Assembly: GCA_043745805.1 (NCBI GenBank)
Contig: JAYTSD010000027.1
Span: forward strand, 1 to 46,957
Direction: 5' to 3'
Source of the DNA: Fibrobacteria bacterium
Lineage (GTDB): Bacteria > Fibrobacterota > Fibrobacteria > UBA11236
DNA: 46,957 nt
Both the position numbers and the translations under genes were made by a program. Of the stretch, positions 19,085 to 28,526 are shown one piece after another (positions within the stretch are counted from its first letter, which is position 1; every line of letters starts with the position of its first letter). The notes below the pieces were generated by a model. That model had not been told where the DNA came from. It made no database searches and saw only the letters and a list, made by a program, of their open reading frames with translations.

Positions 19085-21319
19085 ATGAGCAATGAAAATA
19101 ACTTGCCGCTAATAGAATCGCTGCAAAATGAGATTAAGCGCTTAAATCGTCAGCTTTCTTCCTTAATGGACATGACCGCACGATTAGAAGTTCATGATTT
19201 GGATCATTCTTTACATTTTGCCAATCAAAAACGCTTGATGGATTTTGTAGAACGCATCACTTTGCGCATGGATGATGATGATTTAATGGACATTATTGTC
19301 GAAGAGTTTTTAATTGAACTTAAAGCGGATAGAGTTTCTTATGTATTGTTGAATGACGGCCATAGCCGTACTTTGGCCGTCTCCAATGAAGCCGTAGATA
19401 AAGGTGGGAAACGTTTACCTTTACCGTATTTTATCTCGATAGAGAATGAAAACCCCTTTGTTAAACTGCTTTTTAACTGCCTCGATAAAGGCAATCTGCA
19501 AATTAGCGACTGGAATGAAACCATACAAATTTTGGCTGACAGCGATATTGAATCAGCGATGGAAGAAGAATTTCAAGCGGCTTTGGAAGATGAATTTGGA
19601 CTTACAGGTAGCGTAGATTGCCGTGTGGCTATGGCCTTTCCTATTGAAACGACCTTGGGTGGACGGTCTTTATTTTGTGTGCAGCGAAGTCATAATGATC
19701 AAATGTGGTCGAAGCATCAAAGAGAGCTTTTTCAAAATATGTGCCGTTATGCGGTTACTCTGCTCGATCAAACTCAATTGGCGGAGCATGTGCGCGATTT
19801 AAAAGATCAATTAGGGTCACTCATTGAAAGCATGCCTTCAGCTATTATCGGCATGGATTTATTAGGTACCATCAGTACCTGGAATACTAAAGCGCAGGAA
19901 TTTTTTGGCGTGAATGAAGAAGACGCTATTGGTAAAGTGTTATGGGATATTGTTCCCGAATATCGCTTTATTCAAAATGCCATGGCCGATGTGCTACAAG
20001 TGGAAGAGGATAAAGGTTTAGATTTTGAACCGCAACCTTTTAAAAAGGCCAATGGGAATGTGGTTTATCATCGCGCGAATTTATTTACCATGTTTAGCAG
20101 TAATCGCGGTGAAGTGGCTTTACGTATCGATGATGTTACCCGTACCGTGGAGCTTAATCAGCAACTTTTTCATTCCCAGCGCATGGAAACAGTAGGCACT
20201 TTAGCCGGTGGGTTAGCGCATGATTTTAATAATGTGCTGGGCGGCATAGTTGGCACAGCCTCCTTAATGAAACAGCGCTTGCGTCGCTTAGGGGATGAAA
20301 AAATCGATAAAGAATCTTTTTTAGAGGATTTGGAAATCATCGAAACCTGTACCACCAGAGCTTCGGATATGGTAAAGCGCTTATTAACCTTAGCGCGCAA
20401 AACCGAAATGCATTTAGAGCCGGTTAACCTGAATGCTACCATTAAAAGCATTGTGACTTTATGCCAAGTTTCTTTTGAAAGTCGCATACAAGTCAAAGCG
20501 CATTTTGGACCTGAAGATTTATGGGTTTTAGCCGATCCGTCGCAATTTGAACAAGCCGTATTAAATATTTGTGTAAATGCGCGCGATGCCATGCAATCAG
20601 GTGGAACCTTATTAATTTCTATCGCAAAGTTTGAGGTTACCGATATGTTTCGCCAAAAACATCCCGGTTGTGCGCCTAATGAATTAGTGAAAATATCGAT
20701 TAAAGATACTGGGGAAGGTATTCCTTTAGATCTATTAGATAAAGTTTTCGATCCATTTTTTTCCACCAAAAATGAAAAAGGCACTGGTTTAGGTTTAACT
20801 ATTGTGGATGCAATTGTTAAAGAGCATAATGGTTTTGTGGAAGTGAGCAGCGATATTAAAACCGGTACCACTTTCCGTTTATACTTTCCTATCACGCAAA
20901 AAACGGAAGGTCCGGCACAGGCACAGGTAACCGAAGTGGTACTGGGCAAAGGACGCATTTTAATTGTGGATGATGATGAAATGATGCGTAAAACCACGAA
21001 AAGAATTTTAACCGAATTAGGTTATGAATCCACTACCGTGGCGAATGGCGCCTCTTCAGTTAAAATGATTGAAGATGGTATGGCCTTTGATTTGGTTTTA
21101 TTAGATGTGGATATGCCGGGTATTAATGGATTGGACACGGCAAAAATTTTACGCAAATTAATTCCTGGTTTAAGAATTTTATTTTGCACGGGTCGCCAGC
21201 ATCAATATGAAATGGGTGATTGGCTTTCCCAAAAAAATGTTTGGCTTTTAGACAAGCCTTTTGATTTGGATAAATTATCCTCCGCTGTGCGCGGCGCCTT
21301 GGGTAAAAAAAGCAATTAA
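19085..21319 (+). CDS. Cytoplasmic hybrid histidine kinase (GAF-PAS-HisKA-HATPase-REC)
   Basis: AGGLAHDFNN H-box, NARDAM, FFSTK...GTGLGL, C-terminal receiver (VDDD, DVDMPG, KPF). Start uncertain (19043-19085). Confidence 0.92.
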   Translation: MSNENNLPLIESLQNEIKRLNRQLSSLMDMTARLEVHDLDHSLHFANQKRLMDFVERITLRMDDDDLMDIIVEEFLIELKADRVSYVLLNDGHSRTLAVSNEAVDKGGKRLPLPYFISIENENPFVKLLFNCLDKGNLQISDWNETIQILADSDIESAMEEEFQAALEDEFGLTGSVDCRVAMAFPIETTLGGRSLFCVQRSHNDQMWSKHQRELFQNMCRYAVTLLDQTQLAEHVRDLKDQLGSLIESMPSAIIGMDLLGTISTWNTKAQEFFGVNEEDAIGKVLWDIVPEYRFIQNAMADVLQVEEDKGLDFEPQPFKKANGNVVYHRANLFTMFSSNRGEVALRIDDVTRTVELNQQLFHSQRMETVGTLAGGLAHDFNNVLGGIVGTASLMKQRLRRLGDEKIDKESFLEDLEIIETCTTRASDMVKRLLTLARKTEMHLEPVNLNATIKSIVTLCQVSFESRIQVKAHFGPEDLWVLADPSQFEQAVLNICVNARDAMQSGGTLLISIAKFEVTDMFRQKHPGCAPNELVKISIKDTGEGIPLDLLDKVFDPFFSTKNEKGTGLGLTIVDAIVKEHNGFVEVSSDIKTGTTFRLYFPITQKTEGPAQAQVTEVVLGKGRILIVDDDEMMRKTTKRILTELGYESTTVANGASSVKMIEDGMAFDLVLLDVDMPGINGLDTAKILRKLIPGLRILFCTGRQHQYEMGDWLSQKNVWLLDKPFDLDKLSSAVRGALGKKSN

Positions 21320-21352
21320 AACAGAAAAAGAAGAAAAGTTTACGGAGTAGAT

Positions 21353-21688
21353 ATGGCTTTCTCAGAGCAAGAAAAAGATTTGGTTATTCAGGCTTTGCAA
21401 TATTATGTGCAACAATTGAATATGCAATTACCTCCTGCGGCAATGCAAAAAATGATGAGCGTGGTACAAAATATTGTCATAAAATTGGATGAACCAGATG
21501 CGGCAGGGCCGGGTGCAAAAGGGATTCAGCCCACAGGGATTAATGAGGATTGGTTTGAAAATGTTTGTCAAACCTGTCCCAAGCTCAATGCTTCGGGATG
21601 CACTGATAAAATCACGGTAAAGTTTCCGGGTAAATGTGATCCGATTATTAAATATGAGCGCAGTAAAGTTGGCAACCGTGAAGCATAA
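21353..21688 (+). CDS. Hypothetical protein with a C-terminal four-Cys cluster
   Basis: GGAG RBS; CQTC-x7-C-x11-C; overlaps the rnr start. Confidence 0.7.
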   Translation: MAFSEQEKDLVIQALQYYVQQLNMQLPPAAMQKMMSVVQNIVIKLDEPDAAGPGAKGIQPTGINEDWFENVCQTCPKLNASGCTDKITVKFPGKCDPIIKYERSKVGNREA

Positions 21689-23666
21689 AAATAAAAAAGC
21701 CAAAAATCGTAGTTTTATTCCGGGCAACAATGGGGCTAGGAGTGGTACTAGTCAAGGAACTAGTGATAATACTAGTGGGGGCAGCGAAGGAAAATCTCGT
21801 CCTCCTAAAAAAAGTCGTGAGGGTAAGCGAGAAGGACATCGCGAAAGACCTTTTGAAAAGTTTCGTGATAAGAAAAAAGATTCTCGTTCCGCACCCGAAA
21901 AAACCATTAAAGGCAAAGTGGTGGTGGAGAATGGCAATTACTTTGTTTTTCCTTTAGGCGAGGATAAAAAATCCGTAAAGCAAGGCGGTAAAGGCGCAAA
22001 ACAATTGCGTTTAGAAAGACTTTTTATTCCTAAGCGTTTTATTCAAGGCACGAAGGCCGGCGCTTTAGTTATTGCCGAGGATATGGGCGAGTATGCCGAG
22101 CATTTGGGCCGTGTAGGCCGCATCATCTCCACGATTGACACGGAAATTTCCTTTCCCGAAGTGTCGCGGGCATTTTTCAAAAACTTTCATTTAACCAGTG
22201 CTTATCCTGCTAAAGCACTTGAAGAAGCGGATGCTTTTCCCGAACCGGAATTTGATCCTCAAGGTAAAAGACGCGACTATCGTCATTTACATGTGGTGAC
22301 CATCGATCCAGTTACGGCGCGTGATCATGATGATGCCATTTCTTTGGAACGCTTGCCCAATGGCAATTGGCAAGTTGGCGTGCATATAGCGGATGTGGCG
22401 GAATATGTAAAATCGGATAGCTCCATTGATAAAGAAGCGCAGAAGCGTGCTTTTACCCAGTATCTTCCATGGACCGCTGCACCCATGTTACCGCACCGTT
22501 TATCCTCCGACTTATGCAGTTTATTAGAAGGTAAAGATCGCTTTGCTTTTAGCTGTATGATGGAAGTCGATGGCATGGGCGAGGTGAAACATTATGAATT
22601 TGTGGAAAGTATGATTCGCGTAGCCAAGTTTTATGCTTATGAAGAAGCACAAAAACAAAAAGACGAGGGCGATGAAACACTTAAGCTATTGGATACCTTT
22701 GCGAATATTTTAAAAGATAAACGCCGTCGCGATGGATTTATTGATTTTCAATTTCCCGAAGCAAGGGTGGAGCTAGATGAAAATGGAGTGCCCAAAAGAA
22801 TTTATGCAGGAGAGCATTTAGCCTCGCATTCATGGATTGAAGAATGCATGTTACTGGCCAATCAGGTAACGGCTATGTTTCTTACTAAAAATAAAATCCC
22901 CGGACATTTTCGCGTACATGAACAACCCGATTTAGATGTTGTTTCTACCTTAAGAAATTTAGTTGGCCCCGAAATGGGCAGTGTAGGGGCGTCCAAGGAG
23001 CTTGCTAAAAGTGAGTCGCGCTTAAAAGAAACTAAAGGCTATTTAAATCCTGGCGTACAACAATTTTTTATTCATCTCTTAAATGCGGGTGGAAAAAATC
23101 TTCCGGTGGCTTTACAGCGAAAAATTTTGCAAAGCATGAAAAAAGCACAGTATTCCCATTTATCCTTAGGTCATTTTGCCTTGGGCTGGGAGCATTATGC
23201 ACATTTCACATCGCCTATTCGTCGTTATGCGGATTTATGGACGCATCGCGTGATGAAACTTTTTTTACAAAGTAAAAAAGCACCTGCGGCTTTAAAACCA
23301 AAGGCTGCACATATTGCAGAATGGGTTTCGGAACGTGAATTAGAAGTGATGAAGGTCGAGCGTAAAGCCATGCGTGTAGCGGTGGCATGGATTTTCCAGG
23401 AATATATTGGCGATGAATTTGATGCGGAAATTAGCGGTGTCGAAAATTTTGGCCTCTTCGTACAAATTCGTAATCCTTATGGTGAAGGTATGATTCCGGT
23501 GTCGCGTTTGCGTGATGATTATTATGAAAAAGATATGCAAACGGGAATGCTAGTTGGTAAACGTAAACAAATGAAATTTGCTTTAGGTGATAAAATTCGT
23601 GTGCGTTTAGAAAAATCTGATCCCATTGCGGCCCAAGTTGATTTTGATTTTCTAGGAAAACTATGA
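21678..23666 (+). CDS. rnr: Ribonuclease R / RNB-family exoribonuclease with C-terminal S1 domain
   Basis: TIDPVTARDHDDAIS, VHIADV, IEECMLLAN, HFTSPIRRYADL and an S1 domain; probable GTG start at 21678. Confidence 0.9.
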   Translation: MKHKNKKAKNRSFIPGNNGARSGTSQGTSDNTSGGSEGKSRPPKKSREGKREGHRERPFEKFRDKKKDSRSAPEKTIKGKVVVENGNYFVFPLGEDKKSVKQGGKGAKQLRLERLFIPKRFIQGTKAGALVIAEDMGEYAEHLGRVGRIISTIDTEISFPEVSRAFFKNFHLTSAYPAKALEEADAFPEPEFDPQGKRRDYRHLHVVTIDPVTARDHDDAISLERLPNGNWQVGVHIADVAEYVKSDSSIDKEAQKRAFTQYLPWTAAPMLPHRLSSDLCSLLEGKDRFAFSCMMEVDGMGEVKHYEFVESMIRVAKFYAYEEAQKQKDEGDETLKLLDTFANILKDKRRRDGFIDFQFPEARVELDENGVPKRIYAGEHLASHSWIEECMLLANQVTAMFLTKNKIPGHFRVHEQPDLDVVSTLRNLVGPEMGSVGASKELAKSESRLKETKGYLNPGVQQFFIHLLNAGGKNLPVALQRKILQSMKKAQYSHLSLGHFALGWEHYAHFTSPIRRYADLWTHRVMKLFLQSKKAPAALKPKAAHIAEWVSERELEVMKVERKAMRVAVAWIFQEYIGDEFDAEISGVENFGLFVQIRNPYGEGMIPVSRLRDDYYEKDMQTGMLVGKRKQMKFALGDKIRVRLEKSDPIAAQVDFDFLGKL

Positions 23667-24388
23667 GTTTGAGCAATGCGCTGAGTTATCTCACCGTATT
23701 ACCCATTCCTTTTCGTCCAGAAACACCGCTTAGCCGATCGGTACATTATTTCCCTTTGGTGGGCGTGATCATGGGCAGTCTATTGGTGATTGTATCTGTC
23801 GCTTTACAACAATTTTTGCCAGCATTAATAGCAATGCCATTAATTATTATCCTACTGGAAGGCATGACCGGAGGCATGCATTTGCGCGGCTTGGCAGATG
23901 CCGCTGATCAACTCAAAAAAATTGGAGAGTTAAGTGCGCGATTTTTCCATAATAATGTGGGGCTTTTGGGATTGCTTTCGGTAAGTGCGACGCTATGTAT
24001 AAAAACCATTTCACTGATTATGATGCGCGAACAATGGCAAGGGTTTGCTTTATTACTCACACCTATTTTTGGTCGTAGTGCGCAAGCTTTAGGATTAATT
24101 TTTTGTCGTCATCAATTAGCCGGTGACTTTTCGCATGCTGAATTTGTGCAAAGAAGGCGCATTCGTGCATTTTGTTTTGTATTTATTTTATTAAGCTTAA
24201 CGACTTTGTTACCTATTAAAGCCGCACTTTTTATTTTAGCGCAATATTTTATTGGCATCACCCTATTATTGCGATTTTTTAATCATCGCCACCAAGGATT
24301 GACACTATCTTCTTTAAGTGCGGTGTCCGAATTTTCGGAAACTTCCCTGTTACTGTTGTGTGGCGTGATTTCTCGCGTTTTTTATTAA
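23663..24388 (+). CDS. cobS: CobS-family (adenosylcobinamide-GDP ribazoletransferase-like) membrane protein, divergent
   Basis: ALSYLTVLPIP, YFPLVG, TGGMHLRGLADAAD and C-terminal GLT...AVSEFSE; ATGA overlap with rnr. Confidence 0.7.
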   Translation: MSLSNALSYLTVLPIPFRPETPLSRSVHYFPLVGVIMGSLLVIVSVALQQFLPALIAMPLIIILLEGMTGGMHLRGLADAADQLKKIGELSARFFHNNVGLLGLLSVSATLCIKTISLIMMREQWQGFALLLTPIFGRSAQALGLIFCRHQLAGDFSHAEFVQRRRIRAFCFVFILLSLTTLLPIKAALFILAQYFIGITLLLRFFNHRHQGLTLSSLSAVSEFSETSLLLLCGVISRVFY

Positions 24389-24443
24389 TATCTAACTTAA
24401 AAATATTTTTAATTCAGTTCTTGATTAATAAATCGCAAGCCAC

Positions 24444-24470
24444 AAAAAAAGGTGAATCTTTCGACTCACC
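24444..24470 (-). terminator. Rho-independent terminator of rhlE
   Basis: Minus strand GGTGAGTC-GAAA-GATTCACC followed by T7, about 30 nt after the stop. Confidence 0.8.
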
Positions 24471-24498
24471 TAAAATCATTAATATTTGTGCTACTTGA

Positions 24499-25845
24499 TT
24501 AGCGCGAAAAAGAGTTTTGTCTATAACCACTCTTTGCAGGGCGATCACTAGGCTGAGGTCGACGGCCATGCGAAGCTCCCGAAGTAGGTCGTGCGGGTGC
24601 CGCAGCAGGACGAAAACCTTGATTTGAAAGAGGAACTGCGCGATGATCGCGATGTTCATGGTGGATTTGTGGTTTCGCTGAACGGGCTGGAGGCGGTGTC
24701 GCGGCAGGTGGAGCAAGTACTTCTAATTGAGGCGTGTCCATGATCTTTAAGCGTTGACGAATCAAGCGTTCGATATCCCCTAATAAATGTCTTTCTTCGC
24801 TATCGCAAAAAGAAAAAGAAATTCCGGAAGCACCCGCTCTGGCGGTACGGCCAATGCGATGCACATAGGTTTCGGGAACTTCGGGCAAATCATAATTGAC
24901 TACATGAGTCACATCATCAACGTCAATACCACGTGAAGCCAAATCAGTTGCAATAAGTACGCGGCAAGATCCATCTTTAAAACGTGATAAAGAACGTTGA
25001 CGAGCATTCTGAGATTTATTGCCATGAATCGCTTCAGCGGCAATACGATATTTATCTAAAATGCGAGTTAATTTATCGGCACCATGTTTGGTACGGGTGA
25101 AAACTAATACGCGGCTAACCGCTTCATCGCTAAGCACATGACGTAACAAAGCCGGTTTGTATTCGCGACGCACGTGATAAACACTTTGCTCAATACGATC
25201 CGCAGTTGAGGAAACAGGTGCCACTTCAATAAATACCGGCTTATTCAAAAGGCTATCCGCCAATTTGCGAATTTCAGGTGGCATGGTCGCCGAAAACAAA
25301 AGGGTTTGGCGTTGATTGGGTAACAGTTTGGATATGCGACGTACATCATGTACAAAACCCATATCCAACATGCGATCCGCTTCATCAAGCACAAAAAATT
25401 CTATGCCGTCTAAGGTGAGTGCGCGTTGTTCCAGTAAATCCATAAGACGACCCGGTGTCGCTACTAAAATATCTACGCCCTGACGTAAACGATTTTTTTG
25501 CGGAACATCACTGACGCCACCAAAAACTACGGCTTGTGAAAGGCGCAGGTTACGTCCATAAGAAGCAAAGCTTTCGGCGATTTGCACTGCGAGTTCGCGT
25601 GTAGGGGTTAAAATTAAAGCGCGTACTTTTTTACGTGGCGCGGTGGCATTAGCCGTAAGAATATGCAACATAGGTAAGGCAAAAGCTGCGGTTTTTCCGG
25701 TACCCGTTTGCGCACATCCTAATAAATCACGCTTTTCCAAAATAGGAGGAATCGCCGCGGCTTGAATAGGGGTGGGTTGCTCATAACCTTCGGCAGTTAA
25801 AGCCGAAAGAATAGCTGGGTTTAATTGGAGATCTTTAAAATGCAT
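24499..25845 (-). CDS. rhlE: DEAD-box RNA helicase, RhlE-like
   Basis: Q motif PTPIQ, AQTGTGKT, PTRELA, DEAD, SAT, IHGNKSQ and HRIGRTAR; disordered basic tail. Confidence 0.9.
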   Translation of the reverse strand: MHFKDLQLNPAILSALTAEGYEQPTPIQAAAIPPILEKRDLLGCAQTGTGKTAAFALPMLHILTANATAPRKKVRALILTPTRELAVQIAESFASYGRNLRLSQAVVFGGVSDVPQKNRLRQGVDILVATPGRLMDLLEQRALTLDGIEFFVLDEADRMLDMGFVHDVRRISKLLPNQRQTLLFSATMPPEIRKLADSLLNKPVFIEVAPVSSTADRIEQSVYHVRREYKPALLRHVLSDEAVSRVLVFTRTKHGADKLTRILDKYRIAAEAIHGNKSQNARQRSLSRFKDGSCRVLIATDLASRGIDVDDVTHVVNYDLPEVPETYVHRIGRTARAGASGISFSFCDSEERHLLGDIERLIRQRLKIMDTPQLEVLAPPAATPPPARSAKPQIHHEHRDHRAVPLSNQGFRPAAAPARPTSGASHGRRPQPSDRPAKSGYRQNSFSR

Positions 25846-25861
25846 GGAATAAAATCCTTGT

Positions 25862-26120
25862 TTATATGATAGGCGGGGTGAAAACCCTGTGCCTCATAAG
25901 CTTCCCCGCTGGGGCTTTTAGAGGGCTGCGCCCAACTATCCGTAAAGGGTAAGAAGGCGCTTTATCGGCTGTTATCAGTCGAACAGGAACTATGCTCATA
26001 TTATTTTGAATAGGCTCATAGTCTTTCGGACTAGTGAACACCGACACCTAATAGGGGATGGATTCGCGTCCGCAGGAAGACTAACTATGGTTTCGTTTTA
26101 AATGAGAGGCAGTTAGTAAC
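25862..26120. ncRNA. Candidate structured RNA upstream of rhlE (leader or divergent sRNA)
   Basis: Dense series of hairpins, GC-richer than the flanks; no recognised Rfam family. Confidence 0.4.
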
Positions 26121-26225
26121 AGTCCTTAACATCTAAGTTACATTAATTTTGGAAAAATAAAAGGGGTAACCTAGATATTCCTCGCTAAACTCGAAAAACC
26201 CGCAAATTGCTTAACAAATAAGCCC

Positions 26226-27830
26226 TTAATTCGCGTGATGTCGAATGCGTTCGATATGTCGATTAAATTCCATTATATATTTTTTGGAGGTTAGGGTATC
26301 ACAAATGGGTTTAAGTAATAAACAAAGATGTATCCATTTTTTACCCCACCAGGAAAGCGGAAGCAAATTTCTTTGTACTAAATATTGCATCAAATCACCA
26401 AATAACGCATTCCAAGTAAAAACGCTAATGCCTTTACCCGTTAAAAATGCAGAACGATGACAAATAATCAAATGATGTTCAAGATTATTTAAGGCGGGAT
26501 GTTTATAGCTTGCACCTAATTTATAAAAACCAATTTTTTCATATAGGGGTAACAATTCATTTACGGCGGAAGTTAGGAGCCAATGCCTATCCGACAATAA
26601 AAAATATTTTAAACCATGTTCAAAAATCCCCGTAAGTAAATCGGTACCGCGATAATCCCGATGAATACAAAGACGCGACACTTCGATTAAATTGGATTTA
26701 GGTGGCAAGGCTACGGGATATTTTTGGCCTTCAAAACCTTTTTGACTATCGAGTAAAGTGTCTTCTGTGGTGGGAAAAGCAAATGTCATAGAGCCTACAA
26801 GTTCATCGCGATGCCAGGCCATTAAAATTCTACTTTTGCCATCCAATGAAGAAGCCATTTCTTCAGCGGTCGTACTTTCATTTTTTTTACCTGCTTGCAC
26901 ATAGGCATTACGACGTAAATGTAAAACTTGCGCATAGTCTTCATTGCTTTTTACGGTGCGAAAGCGCAAATGCTCTTTCACGAGTTTGGCTCTAAACCCA
27001 CAAGCACGGAGTTGTGCCGGTGTCCACTGTTGGGAAAAAAGTAATAAATCGCATATGCCATTATGCAGATGATAATTAATGTTTAAACATTGTGATCCAA
27101 ACTTTACTTCATTCTCTCGAAAGGCACTCACCCAACTGATTCGCCCTGTATAAGCTAGGTTGCGGAAATTCGCTATTTCAAAATAAAGTTCAAATTCCAT
27201 TCCGACAAAAACAAAGGTACTTGGGTCTTTAGATAAAAATGAAAACCCCATATGTGGATTTATATCTGCAACCTGTAAGTTACACCAATTTCCTAATAAT
27301 AAAGGATGTTTAAAACGAGCATGTAAGGATAGTTGTGCGCCCATCGGTAAGCGTGGATGCTCTCGCCTTTCGGGAGACATTGGCCTTGGATCATTTAAAT
27401 CTTGACGTCGCAATCCAATTTTAAAACCATCCTTGCGAGAAGAAATATTTTTTACTTCACACCAAACTTGAACGTCTTGTTTATCTGCCGTTTTGATTTG
27501 AACTTGTAAAGCTTGTCCAACATTAATGGCATCAATGTGCTTTACCATTTCAGGGGCAATTAAAATTCCGAAGCCAAGCGAAGAGAAATCCCACAACTTA
27601 ACGGCTTGCCAATCAGCATGATAATTTGATTTTATAAAAGTTTTTATTACTCCAAGCTCACGTTCCGAAATCCGTCCTAAGGCTCTTTGCTCTTGTATAC
27701 TTTGATGTTTAAAAATGCCGGTGTTGAGTTTGCTATAGTCTACTTTAGGGCGCGCTGACCAATCGACAGGGACTTTATCGATTGTCTCTTGGAGTCGGTT
27801 TTTAGATTTTTTCGTTTTAACTAAATTCAC
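26226..27830 (-). CDS. PilZ-PilZ-GNAT fusion (FeeM/LuxI-like N-acyltransferase domain)
   Basis: RALGR + DFSSLG, REHPR + DINPHMG; C-terminal LRRNAYV...IEVSRLCIHRDYRG...LYEKIGF. Confidence 0.75.
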   Translation of the reverse strand: MNLVKTKKSKNRLQETIDKVPVDWSARPKVDYSKLNTGIFKHQSIQEQRALGRISERELGVIKTFIKSNYHADWQAVKLWDFSSLGFGILIAPEMVKHIDAINVGQALQVQIKTADKQDVQVWCEVKNISSRKDGFKIGLRRQDLNDPRPMSPERREHPRLPMGAQLSLHARFKHPLLLGNWCNLQVADINPHMGFSFLSKDPSTFVFVGMEFELYFEIANFRNLAYTGRISWVSAFRENEVKFGSQCLNINYHLHNGICDLLLFSQQWTPAQLRACGFRAKLVKEHLRFRTVKSNEDYAQVLHLRRNAYVQAGKKNESTTAEEMASSLDGKSRILMAWHRDELVGSMTFAFPTTEDTLLDSQKGFEGQKYPVALPPKSNLIEVSRLCIHRDYRGTDLLTGIFEHGLKYFLLSDRHWLLTSAVNELLPLYEKIGFYKLGASYKHPALNNLEHHLIICHRSAFLTGKGISVFTWNALFGDLMQYLVQRNLLPLSWWGKKWIHLCLLLKPICDTLTSKKYIMEFNRHIERIRHHAN

Positions 27831-27860
27831 AAAATCACCATAACTATCTATTTAACATAT

Positions 27861-28526
27861 TCATTTTACGCTGGATACCGCATCTAAAATGCCCTGTAGC
27901 ATAATTCCATGTAACTTACAAGTACCGGTCGCTCCATGGATAATTGCAGCTAAATCATCGGGTGTTTCAATGGTTTCGGTAAAATATTCATGCAACCATT
28001 TTGTATGTACAGAATCTAAATGGGCATGTTCTGCTAAAAAGGACATGGCTTCTGGAGGAATACCTAAGGCCGCTAAACTTTTGAGCAAACTATTACCACT
28101 TAAGGTAGGCAACATTTCTAAATGATACATGTATCCCAAATAGGCTAAAGGATTGGCTCGTTCTACTTGATAGACTGCAAAGGCTAACATCGCTTCGGTA
28201 GTGGCCAAGGGACGACCATGTGGAATACTTGAGGTATCAACACCTAAGGCCTGTAAATCTTTTAAAGCCATTTCATGATGTCCAAATTCAGCGGAACAAT
28301 GACGAAAAATTTTTCCACAAATAGCCATTTTTTTTCCACGTAATTTGGTGGCCATTAAAGCGAGGGTGGGTGGATTTTCTCGGGTATTGTAATAGGTTTC
28401 TCGGAGGAATAATTTATAATGTTCGATTCCCAAAGTACCGGTCTGTAATGCCTGAAAAAAAGTTCCGGTGAATAAAAAATTTTGCGCCTCTAACCAAGCG
28501 GAATGAATTTGATCATTTGGTGACAT
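27861..28526 (-). CDS. Heme-oxygenase-like diiron oxidase (iron-containing redox enzyme; PqqC/TenA/CADD superfamily)
   Basis: All-helical; ETY, EFGH, LGYMYHLE and EHAHLDSVH supply an E/H/D two-metal ligand pattern. Confidence 0.8.
   Translation of the reverse strand: MSPNDQIHSAWLEAQNFLFTGTFFQALQTGTLGIEHYKLFLRETYYNTRENPPTLALMATKLRGKKMAICGKIFRHCSAEFGHHEMALKDLQALGVDTSSIPHGRPLATTEAMLAFAVYQVERANPLAYLGYMYHLEMLPTLSGNSLLKSLAALGIPPEAMSFLAEHAHLDSVHTKWLHEYFTETIETPDDLAAIIHGATGTCKLHGIMLQGILDAVSSVK

Noticed and set aside
26040-26085. AATAGGGGA and CAGGAAG motifs reminiscent of a cobalamin riboswitch or SRP RNA
   Set aside because: The remaining conserved elements (B12 box, SRP helix 8 context) are absent.
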